A stretch of DNA of 64,000 nucleotides from Candidatus Babeliales bacterium. Lineage in GTDB: Bacteria > Babelota > Babeliae > Babelales > JANWKD01. The position numbers were made by a program, and so were the translations under genes. The stretch lies in the NCBI GenBank assembly GCA_963701665.1, contig OY969622.1, forward strand, positions 1,152,001-1,216,000, written 5' to 3'. Below, one piece after another: positions 29,845 through 40,408 of this stretch; positions within the stretch are counted from its first letter, which is position 1; the number at the start of each line of letters is the position of its first letter. A model generated the notes under the pieces. That model had not been told where the DNA came from. It saw only the letters and a program-made list of their open reading frames with translations, and made no database searches.

Positions 29845-31821
29845 TTAATATCCCTTTGGAACAAATTTGCTTTGTGCCTGTTCTGTTACTTTTTCATTAT
29901 AACAAATGCCTAGCGCTCTTGCTGCTGATAATCCTTTGCCCAATTCCCTTTTTGAAGGATCTTCAAGTTTGTACTCAATCAAAGTAGTACCTTGGGAAAA
30001 CCATGAAGGATTACGCGATGACATTAAAGCAAAATACCCTATTTTGGCTAATTTTTTACCATCTGGAGAATAAGAACAGGCAGTCGTAATAAAATCTCGA
30101 TTAGGATTAAGAGCGCGTTTATCGAGATGCAGCCAATCATCATCTAGTGCAATAATTCGCACATTATTATTAGAACGAATAAAAAATTTTTCCCCGGAGT
30201 TGGGACTAAAACGAGCCTCCTGTATCCCTTCTACATAAGATTCATGCCGATATTTTCCTGCAACTACATCATAAATACAAATACCGGTGATGCCTTTAGC
30301 CCATCCGAATGGACTAAGATATGTATGTTCTCCGACTCTCCTCCCAGCAATTAATAATTGTGAGCCATCAGCTGATTGATCAACGGTCAGAGCACCATCT
30401 TCTAGCTTTAATGTCGGATTTCTACCACTCAATCGATTATCAAATACTTTTGTTTTTTCACCTCCGGCAACAAAAACATGAGGATTTGCTGGAGAGTACT
30501 GAACATCTTTTATTGGGTAAGAAAAATTCATTACTGAAGATTTCCCAGTTTCAACGTCCCATAAACGCCATGTTTTATCATAACTTCCTGATAACGCATG
30601 TTTACCATCACGATGCACGTCCAATGAACTAACTGTATCACTATGACCTTCTAACAGAACTTGAGTTTTAATTTTTTTTACACAACGCTCCTTATCCTCC
30701 CGCGTCTCACTTAACAAAGTGCGCCAATAAAATCTTCTATAAGAAGATTCAGATTTAGAAGGATCATAAATCCCAATGCTATTATTTTTGACATTAGCAA
30801 CAGCTAGCAATGCGTCATTCTGCATGAAACGAACTGCCGTAGGTTTTGTTTTTGAGCAGAAATCATCAGAAAATAGATAGGGGTAATAACGATCATTATT
30901 TTCCAATAGTATTCCATCTTTAAAAAGTAAGGCGATAGTACTGCCATTATCCGCATATCGTAATACCTGACAGCTTAAATCTCCACCTTTATAATATCTC
31001 TTTTTATTTTCATAGCGGCGATTTTTTTCAAAAATAGATGATGCTACTAATTCTGAATCTTCATCAGATAATTTAAGCGATTCAATCCAACGCATACAAT
31101 TGGAGTTCTGTTCTGCTAAAAATTTTTTGGCAAAATTAGAGTAATTATCTCCGTAATACAAACTGTCCCACAGATCCTCAGCTATGTTGTGATACCATAT
31201 CAACTTTTCTCCCTTACGAGCTGCGTTATGTGATCCTAATTTCGATTTCCTAAAAGCCGTATCGGCTATAAATTCAATACAACCTTTTTTCAGCAACTCG
31301 CCCAATTTTTTCTTTTCGTCTTCAAAATTTTTGAAAATATTGGCTAAATTAAGAAGACGTACAATATAATTGGGTTTATTTTTGTAAAAATTAAAAATGT
31401 AATTTGATACTAAATTTTGCACTTTATTATCAGGTTGATCTTTATTTGATTCGAGCAATGGATCAAGACCATCGAAAAATGATTGTGTTGCATCATCTAT
31501 AACCAAAGTATTCATTATTTCAACCGAATTATCTTTGTCATCTCTCGGCATAAAAGGATAATCCGTAGGGCTATGTTCTTTCTCTGTTTCTTCATCTTTG
31601 GTTCGCATATTTGCAATGTCACCTTCTTCTATATCTAACCGTTGACTCAATTCATCAAAACCCAACAACCCTTCTAATGATCCCATAGTATCGTCTAAAT
31701 AAGTTAATACTTGATCTAATTCAGCCCATGTTTCTGATGCATGTACATTCTCATCATTTTTTTCCATCCCAAACAAATTAAAACACGCTAGTACAGCTAT
31801 TAATAACAATAATTTTTTCAT
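29845..31821 (-). CDS. Secreted WD40-repeat protein
   Basis: Signal peptide ending LFG-MEKN; canonical repeat LEGHSDTVSSLDVHRDGKHALSGSYDKTWRLWD. Confidence 0.85.
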   Translation of the reverse strand: MKKLLLLIAVLACFNLFGMEKNDENVHASETWAELDQVLTYLDDTMGSLEGLLGFDELSQRLDIEEGDIANMRTKDEETEKEHSPTDYPFMPRDDKDNSVEIMNTLVIDDATQSFFDGLDPLLESNKDQPDNKVQNLVSNYIFNFYKNKPNYIVRLLNLANIFKNFEDEKKKLGELLKKGCIEFIADTAFRKSKLGSHNAARKGEKLIWYHNIAEDLWDSLYYGDNYSNFAKKFLAEQNSNCMRWIESLKLSDEDSELVASSIFEKNRRYENKKRYYKGGDLSCQVLRYADNGSTIALLFKDGILLENNDRYYPYLFSDDFCSKTKPTAVRFMQNDALLAVANVKNNSIGIYDPSKSESSYRRFYWRTLLSETREDKERCVKKIKTQVLLEGHSDTVSSLDVHRDGKHALSGSYDKTWRLWDVETGKSSVMNFSYPIKDVQYSPANPHVFVAGGEKTKVFDNRLSGRNPTLKLEDGALTVDQSADGSQLLIAGRRVGEHTYLSPFGWAKGITGICIYDVVAGKYRHESYVEGIQEARFSPNSGEKFFIRSNNNVRIIALDDDWLHLDKRALNPNRDFITTACSYSPDGKKLAKIGYFALMSSRNPSWFSQGTTLIEYKLEDPSKRELGKGLSAARALGICYNEKVTEQAQSKFVPKGY

Positions 31822-31980
31822 TATAGTTTTGCCCCTGTATTAAATTTAAAAATAAGTTTACATCACTAAATTGCTTCATTAATGTAGTAATTTTTTATTT
31901 ATTTGTCAAAAAAACACAATGATTTATTGCCTTTTTTCAACCTCATAGAATACTTACTGAAACATTAATGAGTCATCGCA

Positions 31981-34440
31981 TTAAATTAAAATTTTTGCAA
32001 CCCATACACCATCTTTTTCAAGCAAGCTCATCTCATGGTTACGATCTTTAACAGGCCTATACATAATTGTTTTAGCTTGTGTAACGCCTTTAATGATTTG
32101 TTCAATGGTCATGAGGTCATCAAGAGTTTGTTCAATATCAGATATGATTTCTAAAACGCTCAACTCAACTTTGAGCGACAACTGCTGTTTTGTCTTGAGC
32201 GTACGCACGTGCGTTATGAGTGACACGCAATGATGCATGAGACGCGCGCTTTTTTCAAAGGTATAATTGATGCCATCAAACCTCGTTTGATGTAATGATA
32301 AGAATTTTTCTTCTTTGGAAAAAAGTTCTTGATAAATTGTTTCAGTAACATGCGGCAAGTATGGTGCGTACCACTGCAAAATGCGCAGGCCAATGGTATA
32401 CAAGGTCCATTGCGTTGCTTGCACGGTTTCCTTGTCATATTGATCGGGATTGAAAAGTTGATTTTTAATCAATTCAAGATAGTTATCACAAAAATCGTGC
32501 CAGAAAAACTTCTCGATCGCATCGAGTGCTGCACTCAATTCATACGTATCCAGCGCGCGGTGATACATCATAAAACACGCGGAACTTTGATGCAGAATCC
32601 ACTCGTTCACCGGCCCTAAACGCGCGGGTTGTTCAGTGATATGCTTAGGCATATGTTCATGAATAAAACGAAATGCATTCCATATTTTGGTAACAAGCCG
32701 CTGACCAATTTTTAATTGATTTTCTGAGAATGCAACATCGTGGCCAAGTTGTCCTGATGCTGTCCAATAGCGAATAACATCCGCACTGTATTGTTGCAAC
32801 AAATTTTCTGGCGCTATTTTGTTATTTTCTTTTGATTTTGAGATTTTTTCTTTTGCATCACTGAGCACGTGCCCCGAAATAACAATATCACGCCATGGGA
32901 TACTATCAAAATGCATCCACGATTTTATAATCGTATAAAATGCCCATGTACGAATAATATCATGTGCTTGAGGGCGCATGCTCATGGGTATAAATTCTTG
33001 CGTTGCTTGTGGCTCAAAAACATGAGAATCATCATGAGCAAAGAGTGAATAACAAATTTGTGGCGTCAATGAAGAAGTGTTCCATGTATCCATAACATCG
33101 GTGTCAGGAGTAATTTCAGTACTCCCACATTCAGGACACGAACCATGATACTGAGTTTCTTGCGGGTCAATGGGCAAATATTTTTCTTCAGCAAGAATGA
33201 TATGCCCATTTGCGCAATGCCATACGGGAAAAGGTATGCCAAAAAATCGTTGACGCGAAAGGCACCAATCCCATCCTAATGATGCAACCCAATTGGTATA
33301 GCGCGCTTTCATAAAGCCCGGAAACCAGTTGATGCCATCAGCAATGGCGATCAGTTCTTTTTTATAGGAAAGAATATTTAAAAACCATTGCGATAATGCA
33401 ATATATTCGATTTCTTTTTTGCAACGCTCGTGTACGTTCACGGCGTGCGTAATCTGCTTTTGTGCTGGCAATAAACCGTGTTCTTTTAACGCGTGCAATA
33501 CGGTCTCACGCGCTTTGTGCGCTGTTAAGCCAGCCAAGATTCCAGTATCAGCAACCCATTTACCATCATTACCAATCGATTGACGGTACGGTAAATTATA
33601 TTTTTTGAACCAATAAATATCAGTTTTATCACCGAAGGTACAGCACATAACGAGCCCGGTACCCTTTTCCAGGATAACCTGATCATCTGCCATAATAGGA
33701 ACAACTTGGCCAAAAAGAGGCACCATCGCTTTTTTACCAGCAAGATGTTGATATCGTATATCAGCCGGATTATAAAAAAGTGCCACGCATGAAGGCAAAA
33801 GTTCAGGCCGGGTTGTGCCAATTACCAGCAGTTGGCCATCTTCAGTTTTAAAAACGATATCATTAAAGAACGAGGGTTTTTCAACGTCATCTAATTCTGC
33901 TTGCGCAACAGAAGTACGGCAAACCGTGCAATATAACGCGGGTTCATATTTTCGGTAGACATACCCTTTTTTATACAAACGGATAAATGATTCTTGAGAA
34001 ATTTTGCGCGCTCTACGGGAAATAGTTGAATAATCGAGGTTCCAATCAACGGAAAGCCCCATGTGCTGCCAAAGTTCTTTAAACGTATGTTCAACGGCGA
34101 CCGTTTCTTGTAAACAAATGGCAATGAAATCCGAGCGTTTCATAGAATGCGCGTGGATGTCTAATTTTTTTTCAACAAAACGCTCGGTTGGTAGTCCGTT
34201 ATCATCAAAACCGAATGGATAAAACACCGAGTAGCCACTCATTCTTTTGTAGCGCGCCATGATATCGGTATGGGTATAGGAAAAAATATGGCCAATATGC
34301 AGTGCACCCGAGACGGTCGGCGGCGGCGTATCAATGCTATACAATTGTCCAGGATTATTTTTCGCTGCATAGGTATTATGTTCAAGCCATAATTGTTGAG
34401 CCTTGCGCTCATGAAGGTGATTATCGTACTGTTTTTCCAT
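31981..34440 (-). CDS. valS: Valine--tRNA ligase (archaeal-like type 2)
   Basis: IDTPPPTVSGALHIGH, GFDDNGLPTE, TTRPEL, WCLSRQR, DVMDTW, RPQAHDIIRTW and KISKS. Start placed at MEKQY. Confidence 0.95.
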   Translation of the reverse strand: MEKQYDNHLHERKAQQLWLEHNTYAAKNNPGQLYSIDTPPPTVSGALHIGHIFSYTHTDIMARYKRMSGYSVFYPFGFDDNGLPTERFVEKKLDIHAHSMKRSDFIAICLQETVAVEHTFKELWQHMGLSVDWNLDYSTISRRARKISQESFIRLYKKGYVYRKYEPALYCTVCRTSVAQAELDDVEKPSFFNDIVFKTEDGQLLVIGTTRPELLPSCVALFYNPADIRYQHLAGKKAMVPLFGQVVPIMADDQVILEKGTGLVMCCTFGDKTDIYWFKKYNLPYRQSIGNDGKWVADTGILAGLTAHKARETVLHALKEHGLLPAQKQITHAVNVHERCKKEIEYIALSQWFLNILSYKKELIAIADGINWFPGFMKARYTNWVASLGWDWCLSRQRFFGIPFPVWHCANGHIILAEEKYLPIDPQETQYHGSCPECGSTEITPDTDVMDTWNTSSLTPQICYSLFAHDDSHVFEPQATQEFIPMSMRPQAHDIIRTWAFYTIIKSWMHFDSIPWRDIVISGHVLSDAKEKISKSKENNKIAPENLLQQYSADVIRYWTASGQLGHDVAFSENQLKIGQRLVTKIWNAFRFIHEHMPKHITEQPARLGPVNEWILHQSSACFMMYHRALDTYELSAALDAIEKFFWHDFCDNYLELIKNQLFNPDQYDKETVQATQWTLYTIGLRILQWYAPYLPHVTETIYQELFSKEEKFLSLHQTRFDGINYTFEKSARLMHHCVSLITHVRTLKTKQQLSLKVELSVLEIISDIEQTLDDLMTIEQIIKGVTQAKTIMYRPVKDRNHEMSLLEKDGVWVAKILI

Positions 34441-34474
34441 GATTTTTCTTCTAGATTGGGCCAAGTTTATTATT

Positions 34475-34665
34475 TAATGCAAACTCGATGAAACTTACAA
34501 TAAACACAAGGATGTCATCCCGAGGCTTTAGCCGTGGGGATCCAAACTTTAATTAAATCCTTAAAGGAACTAATTTTATAATTGGATTGCCACGCATTCG
34601 CTCGCAATGACGATTTTGTTTCCGATATGCATTTCTTACGGCATAGTGACATCAAACTTGCGTTA
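34475..34665. mobile_element. MITE-like element: palindromic core (34514-34611) inside imperfect terminal inverted repeats
   Basis: Ends TAATGCAAACTCGATG and CATCAAACTTGCGTTA (12/16 complementary); colinear copy at 48749-48935. Confidence 0.75.
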
Positions 34666-34713
34666 TTCAGTGTAACCGCAAAGAATATTTGGGTCAAAAT
34701 TAAACAATCTGCC

Positions 34714-35763
34714 TTATTTTCCATCGTGTAGATTACGCAGGGCAGTGCAGGCAGCAAAAAGTAAAGAATAGGTGCGTACGACGGCATCTCGATCTGGCTC
34801 CTGCTCTATGCGTTTTTTCTTAGCCCAATTTATATAGGTTAAAAGTGCAGTTAACTTTAAACCACAGAAAAAGCTAATTAGAGCTGTTGAAGCAGGATAT
34901 ATTAAAGGCCAATGCAGTCCGATCAAGAGCCCCGTTGTCGGCATGCAACATGCCGTAGAACCAAGAGCAAGACATGCAACTCTACCGCAAGGTCCCTCGA
35001 GCGTTGAACATTGATGATTACCAATCACCATGGTATCAAATAGGTTACCTGGGTCGTAATCATATAGGTGATCAGAGTCATAAACATATTTTAACTCTTC
35101 CCAATAAGGACTGTTTCCAATCCTATTTGAAAAATGGGTTAAAATTTCATAACGAGCTTGCATATAATTACCTTCACAACGTCTTTTTTTCAATCGAGTA
35201 TTGATTTCGTTTGTTTCGCGTACATAATGATTTAATGTTGTTGCTAAATCTTCATAATCATTTTCAAATTTCTCCACAGGAATGTGCCCCTGAGGAATCA
35301 AATTTTCTAATGCTTGTATGTCAGACCAAAAAAATGTTTGTGGATCATCATGACGTACTTTTCCCATAAATTGCTCCATTGCTGCCCTTATTTGATCAGC
35401 ATTTGTATCTTTCCTGCAAAGCCCAACAACATATTTTTGATGAGCTCGTTGTATAGTTCTTGCAATTGGCAAAAAAGGAGAAGGGCCTAAAGGATCTGCG
35501 TTAGGCTGAAACTCTTTTAAACGCATAAGATAATTCAATTCAAAACTATCGGCTGGCAAAAAAGAAAAAATATAGCTTGTTACCTCTGGTGGCAATTTTG
35601 TCAAAAGACAATCTTCACTAGGATCAAAATAGAGTGCTGCTTGGTGCATTGCGTGACCTTTTTTACTTACTAGTACTAAAGGAATTTCTTCTTCCATGGC
35701 ACTACATCGCGCATAAGAAAAAAATAGTAAAATTAGACAACTTCTTGTAATAAGATCAGCCAT
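34714..35763 (-). CDS. Secreted F-box protein with C-terminal hydrophobic hairpin
   Basis: Signal peptide ending CSA-MEEE; F-box motif LLTKLPPEVTSYIFSFLP; two hydrophobic segments near the C-terminus. Confidence 0.75.
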   Translation of the reverse strand: MADLITRSCLILLFFSYARCSAMEEEIPLVLVSKKGHAMHQAALYFDPSEDCLLTKLPPEVTSYIFSFLPADSFELNYLMRLKEFQPNADPLGPSPFLPIARTIQRAHQKYVVGLCRKDTNADQIRAAMEQFMGKVRHDDPQTFFWSDIQALENLIPQGHIPVEKFENDYEDLATTLNHYVRETNEINTRLKKRRCEGNYMQARYEILTHFSNRIGNSPYWEELKYVYDSDHLYDYDPGNLFDTMVIGNHQCSTLEGPCGRVACLALGSTACCMPTTGLLIGLHWPLIYPASTALISFFCGLKLTALLTYINWAKKKRIEQEPDRDAVVRTYSLLFAACTALRNLHDGK

Positions 35764-35772
35764 TTTAGACTC

Positions 35773-38037
35773 CTACGTACTTACCTGTGATAATTTTGCC
35801 AATTCATTGCGTGCAAGTCCCTTTATTTGCTCATTAAACTGTTGAGCGTCAACAATTTCTCGTAGCTGTTTTTGCGCTTCTGTTCGATTTTGTAATTGTA
35901 TATGGCAGTAGGCAATTTTGAATGGCGCTTGAGGCTGTGCGTTATTTATCTGATACGCTTTCCTGAAATAGCCGATCGCTTCTTGAAACTGATTCATTTG
36001 GATTGCTAATTCTCCCAAATTATACCATATGCCGAAATCAGCTGGCCGAGCTTGGGCTACTTGCAGACAAACTTGTTTTGACTCTTGCAGATTGTTATTT
36101 ATATTATACGCGGAAGCAAGCAAGAATAAATTATCAGCATTGCGTTCCAATTCGAGCAATTTTTTACAAGCAACAATAGCTTCTTCACCCTTTTTCATAG
36201 AAAGTGCGACTTTTGCATATATTTTGAAGCCATCAGCATTATCAAGATCGCCTTTCAAGCACGCGTTCCTAAAGCACTCGAGCGCCTTATCTTGCTCGTT
36301 ACGTGATAACCATATTTTGCCCCAATTAAAATATGCCTTACCGTAGTGAGGACGCAAATGCAAGGCGAGCGATAAAGCCTTCTCTGCCTCATCATACCGT
36401 TGTTTGTTTATTAAGAATGATGCCAAGTTGTTATATGCTTCAGGATAGTGAGGTTGGATTTTAATACTTTTCTGCAAACACTCAATCGCCTTATCAGTAT
36501 CGCCAAGAAATGAATAGGCAACGGCCAAATTATTGAGTGGATCAGGATATTGATTATCCATATCGATCGCTTTAATGTAGTAAGGAAGGGATTCTTTATA
36601 TAACCCTTTTTCTGACATTGCAACGGCGTAGTTATTATATGCGCGCGCTTTCCCTGGTGCATTTTGAATAACGTTAAGCCAGAACTCTTCTCCCGAACGC
36701 CAGACGTGGTTGCGCACATATGCAGCGTAACCCACACAGCACAAAAAGCTCAATAACACCGTAGATTTCAAATGATTGTTATAGCGCTGCACTAATGCCG
36801 GCATGTAGGGCGTTTCAAGAGCCAAAGAAAGAAGTTTAACTAAGGCTAATGCAAGAAGCAGCATGGGGCCCATTGAACTAAGATATGTTTTATAATCAGT
36901 CAACAATTCTGATGATGGAATAAATGATGAGCGCGGTGCGATGGCAACAAAAAACCATAAAAAACCAAATGCAATGATTGAAGTCGCATTATTCTTCAAA
37001 AGATAGTAAATACCTCCAGCCAATGAACATAAAAAGAAAAAAGGTATGAAACAATCATAGGAAAAAAAACTTTTAACCAATTTCCAGTCATATTCAACAC
37101 AAATATTGAAAGGCCATACAAACATGAATAAATAGTGAACTATAACTTTAAACTGGGAAATGAAAAAATGCACCGGCAAAATTTTATCAGTTACTTTTTC
37201 CGTCAACACGTTCCCGATATTATTCCGCGCTTCCATTTTTAAGGTAATAGCCTTAGAAAAGAATGAAAATTTCAAAAAATAGATATAAATACCAATCACC
37301 GTAACGGCTAAAAGAGCATGGATGCCTATTCTTTTTTTGAAAGATGCCCACTCGCCTCGTGCTATAAAAAACCAATCAACCACCATCATCAAAAATGGCG
37401 ACATGATTGCAATTTCTTTTGTGCCGCACGCAAGAATGCCGAGTGCAAAAACTAAAGCCATAAAAAATATTTTTAGGCCTTGAGTGCGCGCGTATTCAGA
37501 AAGCATTAAACAAACTGACATGGCAAGAATAAATAATGTCGCCGTACCCTCTAATTGACCCTGAATAACATAGGAGACTGTTTGACTTTGCACGGGATGT
37601 AATAAAAATAAAGCAGCAGCAGTAAATGCTATGAAAAATGCGTGAGTGCTTACGAATTTCTGATTTTTTATGCGGGGAAGCGCCAGCATGAGGAAATAAT
37701 ATATCAACACACCTGTTAAAGAATGTATAATCACGTTACCCAAGCGATAGGTAAAAGGATTAAATTTTCCCCATGAATAATGCACGGAATTTAACCAATA
37801 GCTTATCCAACGCGTCGTTGAAAAAAAGAGTCGACTAAAATGGTAATGACGAATATCAAAAAATTTTGTGATGTTTGCTAGATCGTCAAATTGAAAGCTA
37901 TAGTTCAGAGAAGGATAATAAAAAAGGAAGGTTAATGCGGGTAAAACTAGTAGAGGTATTAAAGAAAGTTGCCACCAAGGATATACAATCCATAAACTCT
38001 GCGCTGATGCGCTTATTTCTTGTCTCTTTTTTTTCAT
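35773..38037 (-). CDS. TMTC-like multi-pass glycosyltransferase with TPR repeats
   Basis: FQFDD first-loop motif, LFLLHPVQSQTVSYV, TKE, RNHVW, then several TPRs (AYNNLA). Confidence 0.8.
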   Translation of the reverse strand: MKKKRQEISASAQSLWIVYPWWQLSLIPLLVLPALTFLFYYPSLNYSFQFDDLANITKFFDIRHYHFSRLFFSTTRWISYWLNSVHYSWGKFNPFTYRLGNVIIHSLTGVLIYYFLMLALPRIKNQKFVSTHAFFIAFTAAALFLLHPVQSQTVSYVIQGQLEGTATLFILAMSVCLMLSEYARTQGLKIFFMALVFALGILACGTKEIAIMSPFLMMVVDWFFIARGEWASFKKRIGIHALLAVTVIGIYIYFLKFSFFSKAITLKMEARNNIGNVLTEKVTDKILPVHFFISQFKVIVHYLFMFVWPFNICVEYDWKLVKSFFSYDCFIPFFFLCSLAGGIYYLLKNNATSIIAFGFLWFFVAIAPRSSFIPSSELLTDYKTYLSSMGPMLLLALALVKLLSLALETPYMPALVQRYNNHLKSTVLLSFLCCVGYAAYVRNHVWRSGEEFWLNVIQNAPGKARAYNNYAVAMSEKGLYKESLPYYIKAIDMDNQYPDPLNNLAVAYSFLGDTDKAIECLQKSIKIQPHYPEAYNNLASFLINKQRYDEAEKALSLALHLRPHYGKAYFNWGKIWLSRNEQDKALECFRNACLKGDLDNADGFKIYAKVALSMKKGEEAIVACKKLLELERNADNLFLLASAYNINNNLQESKQVCLQVAQARPADFGIWYNLGELAIQMNQFQEAIGYFRKAYQINNAQPQAPFKIAYCHIQLQNRTEAQKQLREIVDAQQFNEQIKGLARNELAKLSQVST

Positions 38038-38057
38038 AGCTTTTCCTTTTTTTGCTG

Positions 38058-38263
38058 AGAGCCTTATCCGAAAATAACAAACAACACACCGTCATCCTGA
38101 GGAGCGGAGCGACGTAGGGATCCAGAACTTTAATAAGTTCCTTTAATGAACTAATTTTATAGACCTGGATTCCTACGACAACTTCGTTGTCTCAGAATGA
38201 CATCTTTATTACTTTCCTAGTACTTCTTGCTTAGAGCAAAACTTCAATTTTCGGACAAGCTCT
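38058..38263. mobile_element. MITE-like element: variant palindromic core (38091-38201) in a second type of terminal inverted repeat
   Basis: Ends AGAGCCTTATCCGAAAAT and ATTTTCGGACAAGCTCT; core GTCATCCTGAGGAGCGGAGCGACGTAGGGATCCAG...CTGGATTCCTACG...CTCAGAATGAC with a related AT-rich linker. Confidence 0.75.
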
Positions 38264-38347
38264 AAAATTACAATTCAATTTTTTGATTGCCATTCTACTG
38301 TACCATGTAATTTTGTCGAGCTTTGAGGGTAAGTACCCGATAAACGT

Positions 38348-38376
38348 TTGACCCCTATGAGCGAATAATCTACACT
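38348..38376 (+). promoter_or_regulatory. Sigma70-like promoter for the S2P-like/tyrS operon
   Basis: TTGACC-17 bp-TACACT. Confidence 0.6.
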
Positions 38377-38440
38377 ACAAACATATGTGCGTATGGCAAG
38401 TACAAAAAATAATCGTGAATTTCAAGGTTTTCTGATGATT

Positions 38441-39145
38441 ATGAATTTAAGAAATATCGAATTTCTCATGAGCATCTTAACCATGCTTGTTGCCTATATC
38501 ATTACTGAGACAAGCTGCGGTTTTCTGCGCGCATGGGTTGCAAAAATGATGGGCGATGATAGTGCCGAACGTAATGGCTTTCTCAGTTTGAACCCTCTTG
38601 TACATATTGATTTTATTGGGGTTATCTTCCTTGTTCTTTATAACTTTGGATGGGGACGTTATATACCCATCAATCCGTATTCTATTCATGGCCCATTCCA
38701 ATATTTAAAAATCACCCTAGCGTATTTTTCTGACACGATTGCTCGTATCATACTTGCCATCGTTGCATTAGTAATTCTTGTTTCATCATTTGGGATAAAA
38801 CTCCTAGAAGTCGTCAAACCTATGATTTTTCATCAGCATATTGCGTTACCTATTTTGGCAAAATATTATCCTGAAACATCGTCGTTTATTTTAACGATCG
38901 CCATTATTTTGGCAGCAATAATTTATTTGTGTGTTCTTCTAGCAGTATTGAATTTAATTGTGAACACCGTACGTTTAGTTATTTTATTTTATTTTCAAGA
39001 AAGTTTGGGTTCTGGCTACTTAGAATTCTTCATTCCTATTTTACTTATCATTTTTTTAGCTGATCCCTTACAACATAAAGCTATAGATTTTGTTATTCTT
39101 ATTGCCTATTACCTCACTCGTTTATGGGGTGGATCATTCATATGA
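38441..39145 (+). CDS. Site-2 protease (M50)-like membrane protein with degenerate HExxH
   Basis: [23 protein letters not shown] and [11 protein letters not shown] match the family; the HExxH position reads TETSC. Start uncertain. Confidence 0.7.
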   Translation: MNLRNIEFLMSILTMLVAYIITETSCGFLRAWVAKMMGDDSAERNGFLSLNPLVHIDFIGVIFLVLYNFGWGRYIPINPYSIHGPFQYLKITLAYFSDTIARIILAIVALVILVSSFGIKLLEVVKPMIFHQHIALPILAKYYPETSSFILTIAIILAAIIYLCVLLAVLNLIVNTVRLVILFYFQESLGSGYLEFFIPILLIIFLADPLQHKAIDFVILIAYYLTRLWGGSFI

Positions 39146-40350
39146 AAACGGAAAAAAAATCATCAATCAAAGGACTTGAGCGCATCGTTGAAGGTGCAGA
39201 GCTCGTTGTCTCAAATGCAGATTTAGAAAAAAAACTTGCGCGCGGCAAACCTCTCACCATAAAATTAGGTGCCGATCCGACAGCACCCGATCTCCATCTA
39301 GGGCACGCGGTTGTACTTTCAAAATTAAAAGATTTTCAAGATTTAGGTCACAATGTTATTTTTCTCATTGGCGATTTCACCGCACGCATTGGCGATCCCA
39401 CCGGAAAATCAAAAACGCGACCGCCGTTAACTGATAAACAAATTGCACAAAATACTGCCACCTATTTTGAGCAGGTCAGTAAAATTCTTGATCCTGCCCT
39501 CATTAAAATTCGATTTAATTCCGAACTTCTTTCTCCATTGAGCGCGCAACAAATTATTGAATTATGTGCAAAAGTCACGGTCGCGCGTTTAATCGAGCGG
39601 GAAGATTTTAAGAATCGTATGCAAAAGCATGAACCAATAGGGTTTCATGAACTATTGTATCCCCTCTTTCAAGGATACGATTCAGTTGCACTCAAAGCAG
39701 ATGTTGAAATTGGCGGTACTGATCAAACATTTAATTTACTCATGGGCCGTGAACTGCAAGAACATTATGGGCAAGAACCTCAAATTGTTATCACCATGCC
39801 ACTTCTTGAAGGGCTCGATGGTGTTGCAAAAATGTCCAAATCCTTAGGCAATTATATTGGTTTAACTGAACCAGCTTCACAAGCATATGGCAAACTAATG
39901 TCAATTTCTGATAAGCTCATGTGGCGCTATTTTGCACTCTTATTGCGTAAAACAAAACAAGAAATGAGCTCTATGCAAGAGCATGTCGCTTCCGGTGCCA
40001 CCCATCCGATGGAACTTAAAAAAGAAATGGCACATGATATTATTGCAAAATTCTGGTCAATTCCCGAAGCTGATGCTGCTCAAGAGCAATTTCAAGCAGT
40101 GTTTCAGAAAAAAGATTACTCACAAGCAACGCCAATACAATTGGCAAAAGATACTGCAAATCCAATCTGGATCGTTGATTTTTTAAAACTACTCGGTGCA
40201 ATACAAACTTCTTCAGAAGCTAAACGACTACTTGAAGCAGGCGCCGTATCGATTGATGATCAGAAAATAACTGATTTTAAAGCGCAAGTTTCTTGGAAAC
40301 CTGGCATGCATATAAAAGTCGGCAAGCATCGTATTTATCGCATCGAATAA
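39142..40350 (+). CDS. tyrS: Tyrosine--tRNA ligase
   Basis: [34 protein letters not shown] and a C-terminal S4 domain (KVGK). Confidence 0.97.
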   Translation: MKTEKKSSIKGLERIVEGAELVVSNADLEKKLARGKPLTIKLGADPTAPDLHLGHAVVLSKLKDFQDLGHNVIFLIGDFTARIGDPTGKSKTRPPLTDKQIAQNTATYFEQVSKILDPALIKIRFNSELLSPLSAQQIIELCAKVTVARLIEREDFKNRMQKHEPIGFHELLYPLFQGYDSVALKADVEIGGTDQTFNLLMGRELQEHYGQEPQIVITMPLLEGLDGVAKMSKSLGNYIGLTEPASQAYGKLMSISDKLMWRYFALLLRKTKQEMSSMQEHVASGATHPMELKKEMAHDIIAKFWSIPEADAAQEQFQAVFQKKDYSQATPIQLAKDTANPIWIVDFLKLLGAIQTSSEAKRLLEAGAVSIDDQKITDFKAQVSWKPGMHIKVGKHRIYRIE

Positions 40351-40352
40351 AA

Positions 40353-40380
40353 TTAAGGACAGTGTTAAAACTGTCCTTAA
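40353..40380. terminator. Hairpin between tyrS and the convergent gene (probable terminator)
   Basis: TTAAGGACAGT-GTTAAA-ACTGTCCTTAA, an 11-bp perfect stem right after the tyrS stop. Confidence 0.65.
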
Positions 40381-40408
40381 ACTAATGTGGAGTAATTTTA
40401 TTTACAGA

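Noticed and set aside
34515..34787. 90-aa minus-strand ORF
   Set aside because: It overlaps the F-box gene end and reads through the palindromic element (SSLRANAWQS...WIPTAKASG), so it is repeat-derived.
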